From NCBI GenBank assembly GCA_016281125.1, contig JAEEIA010000060.1:83307-147306 (forward strand): 64,000 nucleotides of DNA, given 5' to 3'. Numbering within the stretch: position 1 is the stretch's first letter; each line of letters starts with the position of its first letter. Below, in pieces: positions 54,499-62,019 of this stretch. The position numbers and the translations under genes were made by a program. The notes under the pieces are model-generated. The model worked only from the letters and a program-made list of their open reading frames with translations, was not told the DNA's origin and did not search any database. This stretch comes from Oscillospiraceae bacterium (GTDB lineage: Bacteria; Bacillota; Clostridia; Oscillospirales; Ruminococcaceae).

Positions 54499-55373
54499 AC
54501 CGGTTCTCCCTCCCCAAGAATCCCGCGGAAGAACGCGCATTCCGCATCATTTGCGGCTTTCGCCTGTTCATCGCGGATGTTGCAGTGGAACACATGTCCG
54601 CGCGGCTGTGCGTCATCGCCGTACAGTTTGTATGCATGCCGGATGCCGTGCTTTTCAAGCAAAGGCAGCAGCAGCTTCGGCTCATCTTTCAGAAAATCCT
54701 GGTTCGCGGTTATGACAAAGCATGGCGGGAAATCTGCCGTGATATGCTGCACAAGATCGAGCGTGCGCAGTGCCTCCGCCGCATTTTTCTTCGGGAGAAA
54801 GTCGCGCATTGCATCTGCTTTGTCCGCAGTCGTATACAAGCCGCAGTTCAGCGCAAGCCCGCGCAGCGCGATTCCGGCGGGCGGCGTGAACGCGTACCGT
54901 TTTGCGTAGTCCGGATTGGTCAGAATGCAGGCATACAGCGCAATGCCGAGCGCACCCGCGGAATCCCCGACGCCGAACATCCGCGCCGTGTCAAGACCGT
55001 ATTCCGCGGCGTGCTCCGCGATCCACCGAAAGACCGCGTTCGTGTCTTCAAAGGGCGCGGGAAAGCGGTATTTCGGCGCTAAGCGGTAATTGTAACTGAC
55101 AACCGCAAAGCCTCTCTGTGCAAGGCTCATGCAGTAATACTGATAGACCTCCTTGGTGCCGTAAACCCAGCCGCCGCCGTGAAAGCTGACGATCACAGGC
55201 AGCTTTTCCGCCGTGTTCTTCGGGCGGTAGACATCCAGCAGATGCCATTTGCGGTCAGTGCCGTACAGAATATTGTCGTGCCGCGCGATGTCCGCAGGCG
55301 TCGTCAGTCCCGCATCGCGTCTGCGGTCGCTTCTGGAACACATATGCCGGAAAATATACGGATAAAGTGACAT
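54495..55373 (-). CDS. Alpha/beta hydrolase (fold-3 esterase)
   Basis: 292 aa. HGGGW oxyanion motif and GDSAGA nucleophile. ATGA overlap with the downstream beta-helix gene. Confidence 0.75.
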   Translation of the reverse strand: MSLYPYIFRHMCSRSDRRRDAGLTTPADIARHDNILYGTDRKWHLLDVYRPKNTAEKLPVIVSFHGGGWVYGTKEVYQYYCMSLAQRGFAVVSYNYRLAPKYRFPAPFEDTNAVFRWIAEHAAEYGLDTARMFGVGDSAGALGIALYACILTNPDYAKRYAFTPPAGIALRGLALNCGLYTTADKADAMRDFLPKKNAAEALRTLDLVQHITADFPPCFVITANQDFLKDEPKLLLPLLEKHGIRHAYKLYGDDAQPRGHVFHCNIRDEQAKAANDAECAFFRGILGEGEPV

Positions 55374-55513
55374 GGGAATCCCTCCTTCTGCGGCAGACTG
55401 CCGCCGCTGCCCTCAGTATAGCATACCGCACCGGAAAAAGCAAGTCAAAACACTTGACGGATCCGCGGATTTGTGGTATGATGCAGAGGAAATATCAGCA
55501 TACGGAGGAACCT

Positions 55514-55951
55514 ATGAAACAGTATCGCTTTTACGGCTGGGCGCATGCCGATGTCCCCGCCGCTGCCAATGACTATGCCGGGATCCGGACGCCGCGCGAC
55601 CTGTATGACGCGCTTTTGAACATCTGGTGCGCCGAAACCTGCGCGCCGCGGCTGCGGGACAAATGGAGCCCGGAAAATCCGACGCTCGGACAGTGCTCAA
55701 TCACTGCGTTTCTGGCACAGGATATTTTCGGCGGCGCAGTGTACGGCATTCCGCGCCCCGGCGGGAATTATCACTGCTACAACGTCATCGGGAACTGTGT
55801 ATTCGACCTGACAAGCGAGCAGTTCGTGGACGAGGTGCTCTGCTATGAGAACAACCCGGAACAGTTCCGCGCGGTGCATTTTGCAAAAGAGGAAAAGCGC
55901 CTGCGGTATGAAGCGCTCAAAGCGGCGCTGAAGCGATACTGCAAACGGTGA
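55514..55951 (+). CDS. Small conserved hypothetical protein (YunG-like?)
   Basis: ORF 55367..55951. Start at MKQYRFY (RBS GGAGGAA). The W..ENP..GQC..TA block is a weak recollection of YunG-type proteins. Confidence 0.45.
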   Translation: MKQYRFYGWAHADVPAAANDYAGIRTPRDLYDALLNIWCAETCAPRLRDKWSPENPTLGQCSITAFLAQDIFGGAVYGIPRPGGNYHCYNVIGNCVFDLTSEQFVDEVLCYENNPEQFRAVHFAKEEKRLRYEALKAALKRYCKR

Positions 55952-55952
55952 C

Positions 55953-55981
55953 TTGACTTTTTTCCCGATCTGTGCTATACT
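55953..55981 (+). promoter_or_regulatory. Sigma-A promoter of the ARE ABC-F leader
   Basis: TTGACT (55953-55958), 17-nt spacer, TGC-TATACT (55976-55981). Confidence 0.6.
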
Positions 55982-55995
55982 GAATGCAATCAGAC

Positions 55996-56240
55996 GAAAG
56001 AGGTGAGAGGATGAAATAATAATTCGCTTTTGTTCACATGAATATCCGGTCAGTACACATGAAGGCATGTGTACCGGTCTGTCATGCTGTCAAAAGTGGA
56101 TTATGTTTTCATAACCTCTTTTTTGTTTGTATATTCTGAAATTGCAGCCGCGCTCTGCGCAGGCGTTTCTGCGGGCGTTCCCCGCTTTTGAGGTTATCGG
56201 ACATAACGGAACTGTTTGGCGGCAAACGGTTCCGTTTTTG
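55996..56240 (+). promoter_or_regulatory. Attenuator leader: 2-codon uORF (ATG AAA TAA, 56011-56019) plus alternative helices and terminators
   Basis: RBS AAAGAGGTGAGAGG lies before the uORF. AAAGAGGT (55997-56004) can pair with ACCTCTTT (56114-56121). Hairpin GGATTATG/CATAACC plus a T-run at about 56098-56127. Confidence 0.6.
56205..56240 (+). terminator. Leader terminator immediately upstream of the ABC-F RBS
   Basis: AACGGAAC (56205-56212) pairs with GTTCCGTT (56229-56236), followed by TTTTTG. Confidence 0.6.
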
Positions 56241-56271
56241 TATCCGGAGCCGCATCAAAGGAGGAATGCGT

Positions 56272-57795
56272 ATGTCACAGATCAGTGTAAAGGATCTGAC
56301 CTTTTACTACGACGGCAGCTTTGACAATGTGTTTGAGCACGCCTCGTTTTCCATCGACACAAACTGGCGTCTTGGCTTTATCGGGCGCAACGGCAAGGGC
56401 AAAACGACCTTCCTGCGCCTGCTGTGCGGGGCGTACCCCTATCAGGGCAGCATTGAGAGCGCCGTGCCGTTTTCGTATTTTCCGTATCCGGTCACGCCGG
56501 AGCAGATGCAGCAGCCCGCCGCAGATTTTCTGGAGGCGCTGCGTCCCGGCTGCGAGCAGTGGCGCGTGATCTGCGAGCTCTCCCTGCTGGATACGGATGC
56601 AGAGGTACTGTACCGCCCGTTTGCGCAGCTCAGCCCCGGCGAACGGACAAAGGTACTGCTGGCGCTGCTCTTTTCCGGCGGAAACGATTTCCTGCTGATC
56701 GACGAGCCGACGAATCATCTGGATCAGGATTCCAGAGAAACGGTCAAGCGCTATCTTGCAGGAAAGCAGGGGTTCATTCTTGTTTCCCATGACCGCGACC
56801 TGCTCGATGCCTGCATTGACCATGTACTTGTTCTGAACCGCAGAACCATTACGGTGCAGAGCGGAAATTTTACGGTCTGGCAGGAGAACAAGCAGCGGAG
56901 CGATCAGTTTGAAGAGGCAGAAAACGAAAAGCACCGCCGCGAAATCAAAAAGCTGAAACAAGCGGCAAAGCGCACGGCGGACTGGGCGGATCAGAACGAG
57001 CGCACCAAGATCGGGTTTGATCCGGTCAAAGAGCACGACCGCTGCATCAGCTCCCGCTCGTTTATCGGAGCCAAAACCAAGAAGATGCAGAGCCGTGTGA
57101 AGCAGATCGAAAACCGCATCAGCCGCGAAATCGCGGAAAAGGAAGATCTGTTGCAGGACGTGGAGCAGACCGCCCCGCTGAAGCTGACGCCGCTTTCCCA
57201 TCACAAAAGCACGCTGGTGACGCTCCGGGATCTCACGCTGCGGTATCCGGGTGCAGAGCCGCTGTTTGCGCATCTGAATCTGAGCGTGCAGCGCGGCGAC
57301 CGCATCGCCCTGCACGGCAAAAACGGCTGCGGCAAATCCACGCTGCTGCGGCTCCTGCTGCATCAGTCCGGCACGGAAACGGCGGGCATCCTGCCGGAAG
57401 CGGACGGCGTCTGCGCGCTTGCTTCCGGGCTGGTGATTTCATGGGTGCCGCAGGATACCTCCGGGCTGACCGGCACGGTTCCGGATTACTGCACGGAAAA
57501 CGGGCTTGATCAGACGCTGTTCTGCACACTGCTCCGCCGGATGGATCTTTCGCGCGCACAGCTTGCAAAGCCGTTTTCGGATTACTCTGAGGGACAGAAG
57601 AAAAAGGTGCTGCTCGCGGCGAGCCTTGCAACGCCCGCGCATCTGTACATCTGGGACGAGCCGCTGAATTATATCGACGTTTTTTCCCGCATGCAGATTG
57701 AGGAGCTGCTGCTGAGCTGTCAGCCGACCATGCTGTTTGTCGAGCATGACGTCCGGTTCCGCGAGCGCATCGCAACAGGGACAGTCATGCTGTAA
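56272..57795 (+). CDS. Lsa-like ARE ABC-F ribosomal protection protein
   Basis: ORF 56188..57795. Start at MSQISVKDL (RBS AAAGGAGGAA). The N-terminus SIDTNWRLGFIGRNGKGKTTFLRLL resembles Lsa/Vga-type proteins. Two ABC cassettes, a charged linker and no TM domain. Confidence 0.75.
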   Translation: MSQISVKDLTFYYDGSFDNVFEHASFSIDTNWRLGFIGRNGKGKTTFLRLLCGAYPYQGSIESAVPFSYFPYPVTPEQMQQPAADFLEALRPGCEQWRVICELSLLDTDAEVLYRPFAQLSPGERTKVLLALLFSGGNDFLLIDEPTNHLDQDSRETVKRYLAGKQGFILVSHDRDLLDACIDHVLVLNRRTITVQSGNFTVWQENKQRSDQFEEAENEKHRREIKKLKQAAKRTADWADQNERTKIGFDPVKEHDRCISSRSFIGAKTKKMQSRVKQIENRISREIAEKEDLLQDVEQTAPLKLTPLSHHKSTLVTLRDLTLRYPGAEPLFAHLNLSVQRGDRIALHGKNGCGKSTLLRLLLHQSGTETAGILPEADGVCALASGLVISWVPQDTSGLTGTVPDYCTENGLDQTLFCTLLRRMDLSRAQLAKPFSDYSEGQKKKVLLAASLATPAHLYIWDEPLNYIDVFSRMQIEELLLSCQPTMLFVEHDVRFRERIATGTVML

Positions 57796-57799
57796 ATAA

Positions 57800-57880
57800 G
57801 GTATCTCCGATAGATTCAAAATGGGGCGCTGCCCCATACCCCGCTTAAGGGCTACTAGCCCTTAAGAATCCCGTTTTTAA
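57800..57880 (+). repeat. GGTATC-end structured repeat, copy E (reference copy)
   Basis: GGTATCTCCGATAGATTCAAAATGGGGCGCTGCCCCATACCCCGCTTAAGGGCTACTAGCCCTTAAGAATCCCGTTTTT. It starts 4 nt after the stop. Internal hairpins GGGGCGCTGCCCC and TTAAGGGC/GCCCTTAA. Confidence 0.85.
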
Positions 57881-57986
57881 TAAAAGCAACGTATTTACAT
57901 GACTTTTTTGTTCTACGGATATCTCAAGGAATTTATCTCTGTGGTGGATCTTGGATACATTTGCAGTACAAACTCACCGCAAAGCG

Positions 57987-58025
57987 AACGGGCGCTCCCT
58001 GCGTATCGGAAGCGCCCGTTTTATC
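57987..58025. terminator. Intrinsic terminator between convergent ABC-F and flavodoxin genes
   Basis: ACGGGCGCT-N14-AGCGCCCGT followed by TTTTAT. Confidence 0.65.
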
Positions 58026-58079
58026 CATTGTTCCGGGGAACCGTCCCCGCATTTCAGGTCATCGCAAAGCAATCCCGGA

Positions 58080-58559
58080 TTACAGCCCCAGCGAAGCCAG
58101 CCACGGCTTCAGGCTTGCAGCGGAGGGTCTGCCGTTGAGCATTTTGCCCTCGGTGAGCTCTGCGCACGGTGCGCTCGGCCGCAGGAACTCCGCGCTCTTT
58201 CCGAGCTTGCTGCCGCCGGAGGTCGCAAACAGAATAATCCGCTTTCCGGAAAAATCGTAGCTTTCCAGAAAGCTGTTGATAATCGTCGGCGCAATGTACC
58301 ACCAGACCGGGAACCCGACAAAGATTACATCATGCGATGCAATGTCCGCATCGGTATCCGCCAGCGCAGGACGCGAGCTCTTGTCCGCCATTTCCACGCT
58401 GCTGCGGGACTGCTTGTTGTGCCAGTCCAGATCCGCCTCCGTGTACGGTACCGCCGGTTTGATCTCATAAAGATCGGCATCTGCCGCCTCTGCCAGTGTT
58501 TTTGCGGCGTAGTCCGTGATGCCGCTCGCCGAAAAATACGCGACCAGAATGTTGCTCAT
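58080..58559 (-). CDS. Flavodoxin family protein
   Basis: ORF 58080..58679. Start at MSNILVAYFSASG. The FVGFPVWW motif is typical of long flavodoxin-like proteins. Confidence 0.75.
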   Translation of the reverse strand: MSNILVAYFSASGITDYAAKTLAEAADADLYEIKPAVPYTEADLDWHNKQSRSSVEMADKSSRPALADTDADIASHDVIFVGFPVWWYIAPTIINSFLESYDFSGKRIILFATSGGSKLGKSAEFLRPSAPCAELTEGKMLNGRPSAASLKPWLASLGL

Positions 58560-58721
58560 TGTTGTTACCGCCCTTTCATTTGTTTCTTTTTGATGCGGCA
58601 GAATCCCCGCCGCAGTTCCAGTATAGCACAGTTTTTCCGGCGCTGCAATACAAATACAGCATTTCGGCGCATCATACAAATCAGGGGGCGTGTTTTCGGC
58701 TATATTGCCGGATATTCCGCA

Positions 58722-59291
58722 TCACAGGAACGTAACGGTGCCGTCCTCCAGCCGGTACAGTGCGCCGCAGACGACGAGGCCGTATTCCGTTTCGTCTTTC
58801 CGGATTTGCAGGCTTTCCTCGATTGCATTGCAGCTGCCCTGCACATTCAGGCAGGCGGCGCGGACGGGATCCTTTTCATCTCCGATTGCGTCCAGAATTT
58901 CGTCTGTGATGTCTTTGATATAGCCGTCCGGCTCATGATGCATCGCGGCCTCCACGGCACCGCAGTGTGTATGCCCGAGCACGACGATCAGCCCCGTGCC
59001 GAGATGCTCCGCGGCATATTCGATGCTGCCGAGCTGATGCGGGTCAATCACATTGCCCGCCACGCGGATCACGAACAGATCCCCGATGCCCGCAGAGAAG
59101 ATCAGCTCCGGAACGACGCGGGAATCCGAGCAGGTCACAATGACCGCATACGGCTGCTGCCCGTGACGGCTCGCACGCAGCAGCGCCGCCGGAGAAACAT
59201 CGGCAGTCAGTGTCTGTGCTTCGGTATATTTCCGGTTGCCATCCAGCAGCCGCTGCTTTGCTTCTTTTGCAGTGATTCTGTATGCTTCCAT
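58722..59291 (-). CDS. Beta-class carbonic anhydrase
   Basis: Start at MEAYRITAKEA (RBS GGGAGGA). CSDSR and HTHCGA zinc-ligand motifs. The longer ORF to 59606 runs through the tRNA and is rejected. Confidence 0.8.
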   Translation of the reverse strand: MEAYRITAKEAKQRLLDGNRKYTEAQTLTADVSPAALLRASRHGQQPYAVIVTCSDSRVVPELIFSAGIGDLFVIRVAGNVIDPHQLGSIEYAAEHLGTGLIVVLGHTHCGAVEAAMHHEPDGYIKDITDEILDAIGDEKDPVRAACLNVQGSCNAIEESLQIRKDETEYGLVVCGALYRLEDGTVTFL

Positions 59292-59368
59292 GGCGATATC
59301 CTCCCTGTTTCTGATATAAAGAAAGCCCTTACCTGAACAGCGGTTCGGATAAGGACTTTTTGTTATGA

Positions 59369-59441
<73 letters not shown>

Positions 59442-59457
59442 GTTTGAATACCGTATT

Positions 59458-59486
59458 ATTATAGCACAATCGTTTTCTTTTGTCAA
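59458..59486 (-). promoter_or_regulatory. Consensus sigma-A promoter for tRNA-Ala
   Basis: The minus strand reads TTGACA (59481-59486), a 17-nt spacer, then TGC-TATAAT (59458-59463). Confidence 0.65.
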
Positions 59487-59551
59487 GCACTTTTCCCCAA
59501 AATATTTTCCGTGCGCGGGCAGCGCCCGACTGCAATTTATCTTCCATGCAG

Positions 59552-59598
59552 CGAAGTATAAACTTTTTTGCCGCACGAAGTATAAACTTTTTTGCCGC
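59552..59598. repeat. Perfect 23-nt tandem duplication (CGAAGTATAAACTTTTTTGCCGC x2, 1-nt spacer)
   Basis: 59552-59574 and 59576-59598 are identical. The duplication abuts the miaB promoter. Confidence 0.9.
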
Positions 59599-59605
59599 TC
59601 TCCCA

Positions 59606-59634
59606 TTGAAATTCACCTGATAATATGCTATAAT
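59606..59634 (+). promoter_or_regulatory. Consensus sigma-A promoter for miaB
   Basis: TTGAAA (59606-59611), 17-nt spacer, TGC-TATAAT (59629-59634). Confidence 0.6.
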
Positions 59635-59687
59635 ATAAGTTGGCTTGTTATCAACAGGTGAAGCTGAACGGAGAAAGGAAGATTATA

Positions 59688-61067
59688 ATGGCAGAAACCG
59701 GCACGCAGTCCAGACTGGAAATCCGCGCCGTCCTAGAGAGCTTTTCGCATCCTCCGCGCGCGCATGTCCAGAGCTTCGGCTGCCAGCTCAATTTCTGTGA
59801 CGGAGAAAAATACAAGGGCATTTTGCAGGATCTCGGCTATGAGCTAACGGACACGCCGGAGGAGGCGGACGTCATTCTGTTCAATGCCTGTGCCGTGCGT
59901 GCACATGCGGAATCCCGCGTAATCGGCAGGCTCGGCGCACTCAAACCGATCTACGAAAAGAACCCGCGGCTGGTCGTCGGACTATGCGGCTGCATGGCAG
60001 AGGAGGAGGAAGTCCGCGCGCTGCTCCGGAAATCCTATCCGTTTGTGAAGCTGGTGCTCGGCGCCGGTGCCATGGAGCGTCTGCCGGACGCACTCGCAGA
60101 GATTTACCGCGGCGAAAAGCGCACGGAAACGCTGGCCTTTGCCGGTCTGCCGGACGAATCGCTCCCGACCGTGCGCGATTCCGCATTTCAGGCGAGCGTC
60201 CCGGTCATGTACGGCTGCAACAATTTCTGCACCTACTGCATCGTGCCGTATGTCCGCGGCAGAGAGCGCAGCAGAACACCGGAGGCCATCGAGCAGGAGG
60301 TGCGCGGTCTGATTCAGCAGGGGTACAAAGAGATCCTACTGCTCGGGCAGAACGTCAACAGCTACGGCCGCGGTCTTGCGGAGGAAATCAGCTTTCCGGC
60401 GCTGCTCCGGCGTCTGGATGCGATTGAGGGGGATTATTTCATCCGCTTCATGAGCTCGCACCCGAAGGACGCGACCCCGGAGCTGATTGACACGATGCTG
60501 CACTCACAGCATATCGAGCATCATCTGCATCTGCCGGTACAGTGCGGCAGCGACCGCGTCCTGAAAGAGATGAACCGGCATTATACGCTGGAAACCTATC
60601 TGAAAACCGTGGATTATGCCCGTGCAAAGGATCCGGATTTCGGATTTTCCAGCGACCTGATTGTCGGATTCCCGACAGAAACAGATGCGGATTTTGAGGG
60701 CACCATGGAGATCGTCGAACGCGTGAAATACGACAATCTCTATACATTTATATACAGCAGACGCGCCGGAACCAAGGCAGCGGATATGGAATTTGTCTGC
60801 ACGGAGGAGCAGATCGCGGCGCGCATGAGCCGGCTGCTCAAACGGCAGAGAGAAATCTCCGAGGAATTCAACAAGCGGTTCCTCGGCAAGAACGTCCGGT
60901 TCCTTGCGGAAAAGCGCGACGCCGAAACCGGTCTGCTCCTCGGCAAAACGCGGCACGGCCTTGTACTCGAAGCGCCGGGTTCGGCGGAGGACGTCGGGCG
61001 GCTGCTGGACGTGAAGGTCACCGGTGTCAAGAACTGGGCGCTTTCCGGCGAAAAGCTGCCGGAATAA
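59688..61067 (+). CDS. miaB: tRNA-i6A37 methylthiotransferase MiaB
   Basis: ORF 59640..61067. Start at MAETGTQ (RBS GGAGAAAGGAAG). UPF0004 Cys (FGCQLN), radical SAM CNNFCTYCIVP and a TRAM C-terminus. Confidence 0.9.
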   Translation: MAETGTQSRLEIRAVLESFSHPPRAHVQSFGCQLNFCDGEKYKGILQDLGYELTDTPEEADVILFNACAVRAHAESRVIGRLGALKPIYEKNPRLVVGLCGCMAEEEEVRALLRKSYPFVKLVLGAGAMERLPDALAEIYRGEKRTETLAFAGLPDESLPTVRDSAFQASVPVMYGCNNFCTYCIVPYVRGRERSRTPEAIEQEVRGLIQQGYKEILLLGQNVNSYGRGLAEEISFPALLRRLDAIEGDYFIRFMSSHPKDATPELIDTMLHSQHIEHHLHLPVQCGSDRVLKEMNRHYTLETYLKTVDYARAKDPDFGFSSDLIVGFPTETDADFEGTMEIVERVKYDNLYTFIYSRRAGTKAADMEFVCTEEQIAARMSRLLKRQREISEEFNKRFLGKNVRFLAEKRDAETGLLLGKTRHGLVLEAPGSAEDVGRLLDVKVTGVKNWALSGEKLPE

Positions 61068-61110
61068 ATACACAAACGATTTACCACAACAGCGAAAAGG
61101 AGCATTCATT

Positions 61111-61545
61111 ATGCAAAAGAAAGCAGCAATCATAACAGCAATCATCCTTGCAGCGGGTATCGCATTTCTGTATCACATGGGATGCGGCATTTCGCTGTTC
61201 GCAAGGGTCAGCACCAAAGACAGCGGCAGCACCCACTCGCAGAAGGACATCCGTGAAGCCGTTTCGATCGTGCGAAAGGAATTTCGCGGGTTAAGCGGCT
61301 GCATCATGACAGATCTTCATTACAGCGAAGAAAAAACACAGCAAGAGCTCGACGAATTGCATGCACTGGGATTCACCAGTCTGGGCAGCGGTTTTGACGA
61401 TGTGATCATCATGGAATCCGACTTCACAACCAGCAAACTGTTTTCTTCGCTGCCCTTTGCAGGCTGCACACAGCGCGGCTATGAATGGATCATCACGCAT
61501 AACGAAGCGGACGGCTGGCAGCTCAGGACTGCCGGATACGCGTAA
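61111..61545 (+). CDS. Membrane-anchored hypothetical protein
   Basis: ORF 61024..61545. Start at MQKKAAIITAIILAAG (RBS AAAAGGAG). Single N-terminal TM segment. Confidence 0.55.
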   Translation: MQKKAAIITAIILAAGIAFLYHMGCGISLFARVSTKDSGSTHSQKDIREAVSIVRKEFRGLSGCIMTDLHYSEEKTQQELDELHALGFTSLGSGFDDVIIMESDFTTSKLFSSLPFAGCTQRGYEWIITHNEADGWQLRTAGYA

Positions 61546-61597
61546 TCCGCATTATTTTACCCGTTTGAAATCATTTGATATAAAGGAGTTTTTTACC

Positions 61598-62011
61598 ATG
61601 GCAGATCTTTTGGAAATGGCAAAGCAGCTCGGCAGAGAGCTGCAAAAGGACGAGCGTTATCTTGCATTCCGCAAGGCGTCCGAGGAAAACGATAACGATG
61701 CCGCCCTGCAAAACCTGATTGCGCAGTTCAATCAGAAGCGTCTTGACCTCGGCAATGCGGAGGACGCATCGGAGCAGGACGAAGCCCGCGTCAAGGCGCT
61801 CGGAGAGGAAGTGCGCGGTCTGTATTCGCAGATCATGGCGAATGATGCCATGCGGAAATATCAGGCTGTGCGCGCCGAATTTGAGCAGCTGCTCGACGGC
61901 ATCAACCGCGTGATCGCATACAGTGCCGCCGGACAGGATCCGGATACGTTTGATGCGACGGCTGCGGCGTCCTGCACCGGCGACTGCTCGGCCTGCGGCG
62001 GCTGCCACTGA
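61598..62011 (+). CDS. YlbF/YmcA family protein with a C-terminal Cys cluster
   Basis: ORF 61457..62011. Start at MADLLEMAKQLG (RBS AAAGGAG). Position between miaB and mutS matches B. subtilis ymcA. The tail is CTGDCSACGGCH. Confidence 0.65.
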   Translation: MADLLEMAKQLGRELQKDERYLAFRKASEENDNDAALQNLIAQFNQKRLDLGNAEDASEQDEARVKALGEEVRGLYSQIMANDAMRKYQAVRAEFEQLLDGINRVIAYSAAGQDPDTFDATAAASCTGDCSACGGCH

Positions 62012-62019
62012 TCCGCGCC

